Shown: piece after piece, positions 25,501-38,600 of the stretch
Layout of the letters: each line of letters starts with the position of its first letter
Numbering within the stretch: the first letter of the stretch is position 1
Source of the DNA: Lingula anatina
Taxonomy: Eukaryota > Animalia > Brachiopoda
NCBI GenBank assembly: GCA_051362555.1
Contig: CM120641.1
Span: 40,244,401-40,308,400, forward strand
Length of the DNA stretch: 64,000 bases
Direction of reading: 5' to 3'
Notes under the pieces: model-generated
Told to the model about the DNA's origin: nothing
Database searches by the model: none
The model's input: the letters and a program-made list of their open reading frames with translations, nothing else
Translations under genes and position numbers: made by a program

Positions 25501-28207
25501 TGGACGTACAGGCAATGAATTTAGTCAATGAAGCCTTGAGCTCGGACACTAGTATTGATATTCTGAGTGAACAGAGTCAGGATGAAGAACCAGAAAATCC
25601 ATTTATACCATGTATTCTTATACATGACATACAGAAAGTAGTGGTGACTAGACCTATAGTTAAGAAACTGAAAAGTGCGCCAGGTTCAGCCAAGAGCACT
25701 GTATCAGAGATGTACATGCCACAGATCATGGAGGTGGATGAGGAACCTGAAATTATTAACATAAGTGAAGAAAAGCCCATACCTGGTGGAAGTGGAACAA
25801 CAAATGATACTGGCAATGAAAACTGTCATCCTCTTCAAAGTGGAAACCAAACAAGTATCAAAAACTTGGACTTGATGGAGGATAGCAAAGAGGGTCGTGT
25901 GGTGCAGTGTGTGCCTCTTCCAGAGCCCGTGTCCAAGGCGGGATTTAGTGTCACCCACATACTCCCTGTGTCAGACAATCATCACCTGTTGGTAGTTGTA
26001 GCACCAACGCAAGTGGCTCAGAAACACGCCAGTCCAGACACAACGACACGCGACGGGAAAGTTTTGAAAGAGAAAAAATCCAGTCAGAAGGATAAGGCAG
26101 CTGGCGGGTGCATTTTGCTGTATAAAATCAACTTTGATACACAAACTCCAACTTTAGAAACAGACCCGCGAAAAATATTTTATATACCTGATGCAAGGGA
26201 CGCAGTGGTAGCAGTATTGTCGTTGCCTTTAGATATATCTTCAGCTCAAGAAGAGGATGAGCTTATCAATATGAATAATAAGGAAACTGTGACTATACAT
26301 AAAAGCTACTCTGAGAACTTGCCAGGGCAGATTGCTATATCTACGGAGATGGGGAAGTTGAAGATAATAAGACTGTCTGACTTTAAGGTGCTTGAGTCAT
26401 TTGAATCTTCAGATGAAGGACAGAAGTTTGTTTCACTCACATACTGTACAGGTAAAAAGTTAACCATAATCATTTCTAATTTAATCAAAAGATGGTTCTC
26501 TCTTTTATTTAAGTGCTTTATATCAGTTATATTCAAATAAGGTGCTTGAGTCATTTGAATCTTCAGATGAAGGACAGAAGTTTGTTTCACTCACATACTG
26601 TACAGGTAAAAAGTTAACCATAATCATTTCTAATTTAATCAAAAGATGGTTCTCTCTTTTATTTAAATGCTTTATATCAGTTATATTCAAATAAGTAATC
26701 ACTGTAATTGAATGTTAACTGTTAATCTCTTTGAATGAATATTCATCGCTGTCCATATTTCAAATCTATTTTATTTTGATAAATTCCTGTAAGGTATGGA
26801 AAGACTGTGTGCCTGCACTGGACATGGAAAACTTTCATTCTTCCAAGTGGCTCCCAAAGATCCTGAGTTCTCTGAGACAGACATGGTGGAGCACAGCTCC
26901 CCAGTGAGGCCCTTCAGCCAGGATAGTGTAGATGGATCCATGGATTGCTTACAGGGCTCTGGTAATAACTGAACTCCTTATATGCAGTCTCATTTGTATT
27001 ATCCAGATTTACATTAAGTGTTCATTCTGACTGGACATAAAGAATAAGATGTGTTTTCTCCATAGTTAAATAGCCAAGACTTCTTTACTATTTTCTTGTA
27101 AGAGAATTGTATTTGATTAATAAGGCCATGAGTTGAACTTAAGGAAACTAGTTGTATATAAGAAATTGTTGCTTCTGTATTGTTCATTCTGAATTCTATT
27201 TTGCTTTAGGCAATGATTTGCTAGTGAAGCACCCACTGACAACAGAAGTATTGATGACACTGCATGAATTGACACAGTTTGAGAACTTGATTCCCCGCTT
27301 CACAGCAACAGTTCCGCCCTGTTGGCAGGAAATACAGCAGGAACAGCAGCACCGGCGCCACCCTCAGCATCTTCAACAACAGGGGGAGGCACTGCAGCAC
27401 ACAAGGAGCTGGAGATTACAGCATGAAAAGTAATTGCCACTTGATTGATTTTTTTCATTTGGAAAACACTAAAATGGAAATGCATAGTTTTTCAAACTTT
27501 TGTAATTAAAATGAGAAACAAAGTTTTAATTATACAATTCTAAATCACATGAAAACTAATTTTTCTATTATTTCATTTCAGAGGTAGCTGTGATGAACAT
27601 TTATTTGAGCTTGTCCTGCCCAGACCTTGCACTGTAGGCCATGTGGACATCAAGTTCAACCTCCTCAGTGTGTGCACCTCTCTACCCAATATACAGGTCA
27701 CTCTCTTGAAGCAGAATATCACAGACATAGGGCAGCAGGTGGTTGAAAATTGTGACATGGACAAAGGGAAAACTGAAGTGGACGATAAGATCAATTTTAG
27801 CGTTGAGAAAGGAGGGGAGGGCTCCGTGCCAAAGGACACTGTAGGGGAGAAAGATGACAAGGATGTTCAGCTAAGTAGTGTCAATAACGTTCATGATCCT
27901 GACTTTCTTGGAAAGCATCATGCTGAGATACTGTGTGGTCCAGTGGACCTAGCGAGCCATGTGGACCTCTCTGGGAAATCTGGACTTATCACCTTGACCA
28001 GCTCTAAGTTGCTGAAGGTCAAGTCAAGGTCTTTCTTGCTTCATATCAAAGCCCTAAAGGAAGAAAAGGTACAGGAGCTAGGAACTACTAAATTAAGTTT
28101 TCTTTAGCCTTAGGCAAATAATGATATGACTGCAAGGATTATAAATTAAAATTAACTAAAATACATAATATAAAATTTAAACAATAATTTACAAAGCAAA
28201 TGAGTAT

Positions 28208-28242
<35 letters not shown>

Positions 28243-29574
28243 AAATTGGATTTCTCCTACTTTATTTTCAGACTGATATAAGGAATGCTCCAGTTACTCA
28301 GCAAGACAAAGAGGCGGATAAGAACTTCCACTCCATTTGGGATCAGTTTTTCTTTGGTGGAGCTCCAAGCAAGTCCAGTAAGTCAGGCCAGGCAGGGGAA
28401 ACATCAAAGCAGAAACTGGAAAACATCAAGGGTTGTGACTGGCTGGCAGAGATCTCTGTTACTATTAGGAAGACAAAAAGAAATACTGTTCCTAAAGACA
28501 GGTATGAAGTTTGTAATTGAGGTAACGTGTTTATACAAATCATCAGATATCATGCTCCTTCAATTCCAGTGTTAAACATATGAATGCATTTGAGTATTCA
28601 GAGTATCACTTTGTATAGTGTACATGTGTATGTTAGTATAGTGCACTTCCTGTTGTATTCATCTCCTGCCTTGGAAGCTGGGGGAAATATCACAGCACAC
28701 AAACTGCTATATAGGGATTTTACAAACTTTGCTGCCATATTTATGCATATTTTGCTTTCTTGCATTGTTATTTTGTGATCGCAATGTTGTATGTGATATG
28801 ATGTCTTGCAGACTCCAGCGTTGCACCATGCTGGAAATGCCTGGTTTTCATGAGCACCTGTTGCTGGCAGCTTGTGGAGCTGATGAGGAGAGTATTCCTA
28901 TCACTACTAGCCTAGAACACAGACAGGTCATGGCTCTGGACATACTCTGCTGGATTGCTGCCATTCACATTAGAGAATCTGAGAAAAGGTATCTCTTTGT
29001 TCTAAATTAATTTCTCTTTTATAGAGAGAAGTGTCTTGGTGTAATATTGGGATAGCCCTTTGTTTAAATTTTGAAAGCATTATGAAATTAATATTTATTT
29101 GAATGACAGTCTTATGGCTCCTCAGGTGCTTTCATATGAACAAAAGGCTATAAAATAAAGGTATAGTCATTTTACAAAAACTCAAAAATTACTTAATGCT
29201 TGTAGTTTTGTTGGTTTGGATTATGGGTCAATGGTAAAGAAACGTGGATCCGTTTGTATGCCTCATATAAGTCTGCTTTTCTATCTCGTTTCAGATTAGA
29301 GCAAAACAGCTTTGTGTTTACTGTGCAATCTAACCTGGAAGGCCTGATCAGGGCTTGCTTCATTGAGGGAGGGAGAAGTATTGCTCACAAGTGTGCCAAA
29401 CTTGTAGCTCTGTGTCTGGAGTAAGTTGACACTTGTCTTTCATTTACCTCATCCTCACTATACATATACCTTAGATGATCGTTATTTAGCATGATATATT
29501 AAACAGAAATGGCAGTGTTTGGTAAGACCAACATATTGGCTATGTTAGACTGAAAGGATAAAGTTTTTTTTTAA

Positions 29575-29665
<91 letters not shown>

Positions 29666-32600
29666 GTAATATGTTCTGTGTTCCAGGTGTACAGAGTTGT
29701 CCTCGGATCCTGACCTGGCCCCTGCCTTCAGCTTTGCCCTGCTGACAGCCCTGCTGAACTGTCTCCCATTACTTCCACTGGTACACTCAGCAGGTGCTCT
29801 GCGCTGGTTCTTCACAGTGTTGAACAGAGTGAAGTTCATGGATATCTCTCAGACTGGCCAGATGGTGGCCGAGATGCTCTCCTCTGCAGCCAAGCAGTAC
29901 AGTTTACGGGTGACACCTTTAGATGCCCTTCTGAAGTCAAGGTGTGTGTACAGCCACTTAAGTTTTTCATGTACTTTGTATGAAGTCTTTAATGAACAGA
30001 TGTTTATAAATGTTGAGTATCTGTCTGTAAAAATGCCACCATAAATGTATTTCAGTCTGTTTGTACATTTCTATAGTTAATCTAATGAAATGTAATCTTT
30101 ATTTAGTTTGAGCCTATTTCACGTAAAGTTTCTGTAATTAAAGTACATCATTTATCTTAACTTTAAAAAGGTTTGGTCTTTATGGTCACCCTTGTGATCC
30201 TGATCTGTTTGATGTGGAAATGCCCATCCAGCAATTGAAGCCCACACAACCAACAACATATGCATCCATGACTGGTGCTTCCACCAGCTCTTCTTCTTCT
30301 GGCAACTCTCCCCAGGGATACGAAGAGGTAGACTTTCAGGACCTCATCAACTTAGATCCAGATAAAACTGTCAAGTCTGGAACGCAGGTTTGTGGCTATT
30401 GATACTGATGTGTTATTGTTGTGCATTTGTCCAGTGTTTGACTTATTGTATGTGACCAAAATGTGAAATAAAAATGTTTGACTTTACAGGTGAAATGCAC
30501 CTCACCTTTTTACTTTGAAAGCTGAATGATAAATTTTTCCCTAAGAGCATTTTTTGGAAATGATAACGGATTGTTTTGATGTAAAACGATGATTTGTTGC
30601 CATTTTTATGTTACAATTATTCTAATTTCTACAGGGGTCTGAAATGGGAGGCCATACTATAGTTAACAGTTTGTTAGAAGTAGAGCCTCTGCACTTCACT
30701 TGTCATGCAACCAGTGATGGAACTAGAATGGAAAAGGCTGATATAAGTAAGACAGTTAATAGCTTAGTATAGACCTTATACCAAGTGCTGATTAATATTG
30801 CTATTTTGAGTAGATATGTCAAATTGTAAATGTTAAATAGATAGAGGATATAACTTTAAACTTGCTTGTATGAGCAAAAACGTGGTTATACATAATTTCA
30901 GTATCTTTTCATGTTTTCCTTCTACAGCTACAGCAGGCACCAACAGTCTTTCCAACACCTCAGGGTTGTCTGGTACCATCAACTTTGGTGACAGCCTGGC
31001 CACTGTGTCTGCAGCAGCAGCAGCAGCTGGGGCAGCCCTCCAGTCTCTCTCAACGGCCATGGTGTCAGCTGAACAGCATTTCTCACTCTCACAACACAAA
31101 CAAGCACAGCTGCTCAAGGTGCAGCAACAGACACTGAAACTGAAACAGAAACTGGCAGAGACTCAGAAGTCTGTAGCTGCTGCCTCCGCGCAACCCCAGA
31201 TTGATATCTTTCCCCCCACGCCCACGCCGAAGACAACCCCTTTGTTTATGACACCGCCTGTCACACCACCAAATGAGGCATACTTGGCAGAAAAACTGGC
31301 CAGTAATGGTGTTGGCCCTCAGAGTGACCAGAAAATAGGAGGGAAGAATGTTATAAAAGTAGGTTTTTGTGGCCGATGTCTGCAAAATGATAATTGTCAA
31401 AGTTTGTGTAAGCAATCATGACAAACTATGAGATTGCTCACCTGATACTGATGCCAGAACCAAAAACTAGAATTGTTCATGACTTTTGATGTAAGGTACA
31501 GAGCAAATAATGAAAACTTGTAGATTTGACCTTAAAGTTATTACATTAATAGCAGAATTTAAAAACAAGTTAATATTATCATAATTAAATGTCAGTAAAA
31601 TTTAACAGGTCTCTAGTGGCAAACCAGACAACAATTTCTCAGGAGGCCAGAAAACCTCATCCCATTTGTCCTCTGGTCACCAGCTCCTCCACCCTGCCTC
31701 ACAGCACGTCCTGGTCATAGAGCGCATGCACTCAGGAGCACGGAGATTCGTAGTGTTAGACTTTGGCAAACCCATACTGCTCACAGATGTGGTAATTCCG
31801 GCTTGTGGAGATTTAGCTTCTCTGTCCATAGATGTGTGGATCCATGGAGAGGAGATTGATGGCATGAGACTGGTGATAGCCTCAGATATCGGGCTGAGGT
31901 CTTTAATTATGAATGACCTGTCACCACCACCTCTCTGTAGGTACTTGAAGGTAAGTTGGAGTTTTATGGGAGATATTAACAGCTGAATTTTTAAGAATTT
32001 AAGAACCTAAAAAATTTAGCAAAAGCATATTAAATGTATATAAGGTAAAATAATTCAAAGATTTGGTATTGGAAAAATTAAACATGTGCCATCTAATAGT
32101 TTCATAAAACATATCCTGCTTTGTTCCCTGCAGATCACCACAGTAGGCAGATATGGCGGCAACACCCCCAGGTGTACCTCTAGGTCTCGCATACCCATAG
32201 GAACTTTCTACGGACACAGTTTTATTTTACCGTGGGAGTACAGTTTGGATTCAGTTCCCTCTGTTGTAGCCAGTGAACTCTCTACTCTCAATCAACCATT
32301 GACTGTAGACCAGTCAGAAATTTTGTCTCAGCTTAGCATGTTTATAACCCTTCAAGAAGACATTCAGTGTAGGTATAGCCTGGCCTGCACTAGATTACAA
32401 TCACTGGTAGCCTCCTTGGATCTTCCTCCCATGGTCAGTGGCCATGCAAAGTACTATTTAAGAAAGGGAAAGAAAGTGGAGGAAGATGCTAGAATACTTC
32501 AGGCATATAATGACTGTACGCAGCTACAGCTTCAGTTGAACCTGGCCCAGAGAGCCATAGAAAGACTACAGAAGGCCTTAGGGATGAAGCAGTCCAGGCC

Positions 32601-35600
32601 TGCAGCATCCAGTAACACTAATACAGTACTGAGACAGGTGTCTACCGACAAGCTGCGTGTCCTCACAGAGCTGCTCCTAGACTGCTTGCTCAGTATGACC
32701 AGGTCCAAGCCAACCATCCCTCATCCTCCATTGTCACTGTACAGAAACTTTAACCCACAGACGTGTGAAGCTCTGTTCAAGCACATCTGTGTGTTTGGAA
32801 CACGGCGCATGCAGATCCATGCGGGGTTGTTGTTGGTGCGTGTAGGAGGGAGGCAGAGCTGGTGGGGCCAGTTTTTAGGGAATATGCTCCAGCAGCTGTT
32901 CAGCTCAGACCTAACAGCTGTATTTCCACAGGACAGGTCAGTGATGAACAGTAGTGAGAAACTATTTGGGTTTGGCTAGACTGTGTAGAACATCTATACA
33001 TTGATTTGTTTAGTAAATTTGCATGGGTATTTCAAATGAATGCATTATACTAGATGAAGAGAAAAATTATCTTTTGCAAGTGCCTCGGCCAATTACTTCG
33101 CTTTAAGATAAGGTTTAGATCAACTATTACTGATGTATGAAATTAAAGAGAACATTGTTTTATTTAATTTTGATGGAGCTTATTGATACATCTATGTACT
33201 GAGCTCCACTATCTTTACGTTGTAGAATATTTGTACTGCTGACAGCTCTGGGACAGAAGGCACTTACCAGTACCTCAGCCAGCAATGTGTTGGAGAGTTT
33301 GCTGACATTGCTGGGCAAGATTCTCTCTCCTCTTCTACACTCACAGGGAGAGTACTACAGAAACAGCCAAGGTGGATTTTCAAATTTTACTCATGATAGT
33401 TTTAAACTTACTTACTTTTACATACAAAACATTAGAATGTTTCTTAATATGCTCACTTTTACAAAGAAAGTATTTTGATATGAGTAAATGCTCTAAAAGG
33501 AAAAAAAAAAAACACTGCACAGTTGACATACCATTTACTTAAATCCAGGTTCTTTGGATATGGATTTAGTTGGCTGGGTGCTGCTGTTCTTGTCCAGAAC
33601 TATGGATGCTGCTGGTAGCAGTAACAATGGTGGCAGTCATAATGGGGGCAGTAATGGTAAACCAGGTGATGGAGGAAGTGATGAGGGCACCAAAGGTTCT
33701 GCAGGGGCAGAGAACGATGATGCTGGAAAAGAAAATGGTACATGAAGATTTGAACTAAGCTTTAGATGTTTCTCTCACTCTTTGTTGAAATTGTGCCTTG
33801 AGATTTTGTCAAACCACTAAGATTCCTGCTTAGTGTCAGCAAATTTCAATTTGAATTGAGAAATAACATGGTATTTAACTGTGAAAAAAAAACAACAAAA
33901 TTTAAAGGGGTGCCATAACAGCTTTTGGATAGATTTAAATAAGGTTAATAGACACATGTATATTAGACCAGCGTATCAAGTCAATGCCTGGCCTGCTTTT
34001 CTAATGCTGTTAGTAAAGTGCACTCTCCACCTATCTGTTCTATCCAGGCACCATGTTGTCAGCACGCTGGGACTTCATCCAGGGAGACACGGCCATGGAG
34101 CATGCAGACTTTAAACCCACACCCAGGTTCAGGACAAAGCTGTACAGACGGCAGCTGGCTAAGAGGCTAATGCATCATAAGTCTAAGCTAATAGAGCTTC
34201 AGAAAGCCAAGAAAGAGTTCCTTGCCACCCAGGTGGCTGCAGCAGCTGTTTCCAAAGAGGCAGAAGTCTTAGTCAAACAGCAGGAACAGGAGTTCATAAA
34301 GGAATTGAAAAAATACTCATCTAAGGTATTTACATGATATGCAGTTGTGTAGAAATTTTAAGAAATGCTGGTTAAATGAAAAACCTTTTAGTCATATGCC
34401 TGTTAGATTTTTCATGGAAGGATAATTTGGCTTTTTTTTCATCCTTAATAATTGCATTCCACAGAAGTGAAAAAATGATAATGACTGAAAAAAGTTTTGT
34501 GCAAAGGATGGAGAAATCTATAGAAATAAGTAAAGTTTGGTTAAAGAAAGCTCAAGTATGATTGATAAAACATTGTAATTTATAGCAAGTGGTTTAGATT
34601 TCATGTATGCATATTTCATTCCCAGCACTTCAAGGACATCATGCAGATCAGGAGAATAGATGCCGAGGTGTTGAGAAAGAAGCCAAAGGATGACAGCAAT
34701 GGTGTGAGGGGAGACCAGGATGGCCATGACACGGAGAACTCGATGGTGTTACCTAGGGAGAGATGTCTCCCTGTAGTCAGGGGTCTCATAGCCCTATTAC
34801 TCTCCATGGATTTCACATGCAATGTTGACCTGTTCCTGATTGCATGCAAGGTAGGGGTGAAATCAGGGTATTAATTGAATTATTTATTCAAGATGATGGC
34901 ATAGGCTATTAAAACATATTGCATTATTTTTGTTGCCATAAATTAGATTGGTAAAAAGTAAAATAGGTACTTAATTGTTATCTTATGTAAAGGACATTTT
35001 GTAATGAGATGGGAAAAACAGAGAAGTTGACTTTATTGGGATATATTTCTCAGCAGCATTTGTTTACATTTGCTTTAAAGTTTTATCACTGACATGACAC
35101 TGAAATTGAATATTTATTAAAAGGTTGTTGCACGTATTACCAACTCAACACGCCCAGCCATCACCCTGTCAGAGGCTATGACCCAGGAACAGCTAGAGCA
35201 GTTATTGTTACTATGTAGCAATCTAGAACATAACCATGGCAACCTGACCTGGGGAGGACCTTGGTCTGGGCATGCCATTACCTGCATGATACAAGATGTT
35301 CTAGATGGTAAGTCAGGCAGTAAATTATAGCCAGTTACATATATATTTTGAAAAGTTTGTCAACCAAATAGCGGAACTATTGGTTCATTTACAGTTTTAA
35401 AAAAGGACCTCAAGTGCTTTTTTTCTTGTTGAAAAAAAAATTGACTTAAAAGTTTTACTTTGAACCATGAGGATTTTGCTTAGCGCTTAAAAACTTTGTA
35501 AATTGCCAAGTACATTGAAATTAATATATTATTCAGATATTTTGTAAAATGGTTCATAAATGCCCTGTATATTCTGTCCAGGTGAGCGTCTGTACCCACC

Positions 35601-38600
35601 AGGAGATGGTGGCTCCTCCAGTATGACAGAGGAGGAGTTGTCAGCTGCCATGACAGAGACTGATGACTCCATACACCACAGTGCCAGTCTACCACAGATA
35701 GATGACAGTGGCAGCAGTGGACCAGGTGGGCCAGGTAAATAAAGACCTGAAGTTTGCCTTTGTCCACAATATTACTTTTTTTTACATCATTTCAGTTATA
35801 GGTCTTTATTATTAATCATGGGTAGCTTGTGATTTTTGATATTCATGTTTTTACTCAAATTAAAGCAATAGCAACTCTTCATATGAAATTCAAAATTTCA
35901 CAATAAGTGCATAGTTAACAACACCCAATAAATTAATCAAATTCAACAAAAAAGTGCAGTAAGCTTATGAAAAATGCATTAATTATGTGGTCCTTTGTCT
36001 AGTATTTAAAATATTATTTTTGTTTTATCATTTACATTAAAAAGTAACACTATGTTCCGTTTCTACAGGAGCAGACATGGTGGAGGCATACCCCGTTCCA
36101 TCTGAGCCTATCCCTGTAGTGGGCACAATAGAGGAAATCCCCATGGATATTTCTGAAGACCAGGGGTTCTCCCTCACTTATGATGATCTCTATGGACCAG
36201 GTTACAGTGAGCCTGTTACCCCACCAGAGTTACTACCCCCCATGCCTATGCCTCCCCTAGAGGGAGATGCCACACCCCCAGAAGTAGGATCCCTGCAGGA
36301 TGATGGGTACAAAATGTAAGTATTTTCATATAATGTAAAAAGTTATCACATGGGTTAGACACCTTGCCTGTCATGTGTTTTTCTTTAAATGTGGTGAATG
36401 CAGATTTTAGAAATTTGTGTATGTTGACATATTAAATCTTGCTTGACTGTCATACATGAATTTTTCTCTCCAGCTTGGGAATTCACTGCTATCTTTCATC
36501 ACTGTTTGTAGATTGAACAATGTTCACTTAATAATTCAAAATGTAAGCAATTCAATTGTAGTTGTGGTAGGATAGAGGAAATCTAAATCAAATTCAGACC
36601 ATACCTGCCATATGTCTTCAGCATTATCTTACATTGAATATTAACACAGATGTAAATTCTTTAAATACAATTTCAGATTATTTGATAGTGCTGGAAAAGC
36701 CTTGAGCCTGGGTATGTTCAAAAACATGATGGAAGGGAACAAGAAGAATGTCAAAGTATCAAAAATAAAGATGTCAACAAATTTAAACAGAATGAAGAAA
36801 GGCAAAGATTGGCTCTCTGCTCCAGACCCCCGCCTTGGAGCCATGACGAAGGGAACATCTGCCGCAATGGATGCCAGACTGGAGTTCCGTGTAGACTGGA
36901 ATGCTGAGCTTAAACTCAGGGTATGAATACAGACCTATGACTTTCTCGTATTAAGATTGAAATATTATGTAGGTATATCACAGTGCCCTGTGGCTAGAAA
37001 CTGAGGGTCTGTGTAACAGAGAGACATCCTGCCATTATATTTGTATAGCTTAGTATTACTGTTCACGTATTGTACACTTGGGTCAGAATCTAGGATTAGG
37101 CTTATCTGTACAAATTATATGGGAACTGGAATCTTTGTCATGGGGGGACTCTATTTGACAAAGGGCTCTATTTTCAATTCTGAGACCAGTGGATTTTAGT
37201 GTTTAACTAAGATGTCTGATGATATGTACAGCTTTTCTTGCCCAATATTATCAGATATTTCCAGAACTGAGAAATAGGTTTCAAAGTTTTAGATAACCTG
37301 AACTACCTATATATAATTATACATAATGCTTGCATAATTCTTCATATAATGGGGAGATGTAAAAGAAAAAGCATTCACTAGTCACCTCTGCTTGGAGTTC
37401 AAATACTAGCACTGCCTGATTAAGTGGATCTGTAGATGATGATGACGGGTTTGTTGATCTGTGATTACAGGTGATGCAGTCTCTAGAGGCAGAATCTGTC
37501 CAGAGTGCCATCTCCTCTGTCATCCCCCCTGCCCCCCAGCTGCCATTCCCCCAGAGCACAGCTCAGAACACACGGGCTGTATCCACAGATGATGAACAGC
37601 TCTCAGAGACCAGCTTTTATGGAGAATATCAGGTGAGATTACTGGATTTTAAAAAATAATTCTTTAACCAAAATTTATTTTATGCTTTTTCAATTTTAGA
37701 TTTTTGCATTAAAGAGTCTTATATTTTTCTTGCTATTCTGGTAAGTGCGGGGGCTGAAAATACATTTGGCAGCATTTGATCAAAAACGTTTTTTTGCAAT
37801 TCTTAGATTAGCTTTCCAGTCAGAAGTATCTTTTTTTCACTCAGTCCATTTGTCATGACATAATTATGTCAAGTTTCTTAAAAAGCACTTAAAATTTTCT
37901 TGAGACTTATTAACATAAGAATATCTCAAACATGAATTCTTTCTTGTATTCCAGAATGTTCCATCCAATGACATGTTGAGCCAGTGTTTTGACAACCTCT
38001 TCATGCAGCTGTACCGTCACCGCGTCAACCTGGACACCATCCTTCAGCTCTGGCTCATCTTCAATGACGACAGCTCTCAGGAGGAGACCACTCAGTCGAA
38101 CTTTGACCCCAGCCGTGTTCCCATGATCCCTCTGAGTCAGGCTGCAGTGGCTAGCCTGCTGACAGCTCTGGCCTATGAGCCCAATGTCCCAGTCAGGACA
38201 TGGACCCTGTTCTTCCAGGTGTTAACACTGTTGATGAATGTGAAGCACCACAGGGAACTGGAAGCTACGGCACCTGCTCTGCCAGCAGAGAGGTGGCTTG
38301 CCTCTGTAGTGGTCACAGACGATCACCTAATGCCTGTGTTGATTAAGTTTTTAACTGGAGTGTCTTACCAGGGTCCTGTGCTGTCCAATCTGCAGGATAC
38401 ACAGGTAGGTGATCGTACTTTCCTGACGTAGTTTGTAGATGATTCCTGGCAGTTTTTATTGGAATGAATGTTAATGGTAATCAGGTTTGAATAGAATATT
38501 CTTTATCAAATTGTTTAAATTCAATGTCAGAAGTATTACTTTTATGATATATATGTTTAAAATTGAAGGTGTATTACACACTGTTTTTCTCCTATCTCAG

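Noticed and set aside
29540-29839. Poly-Asn ORF
   Set aside because: Translation of an intronic (TTA)n microsatellite.
28989-30170. U12-type introns in BIRC6 (donor gtatctct at 28989; tcttaac close to the aag acceptor at 30170)
   Set aside because: The two signals belong to different introns, and neither intron has both a GTATCCTT donor and a CCTTAAC branch point.
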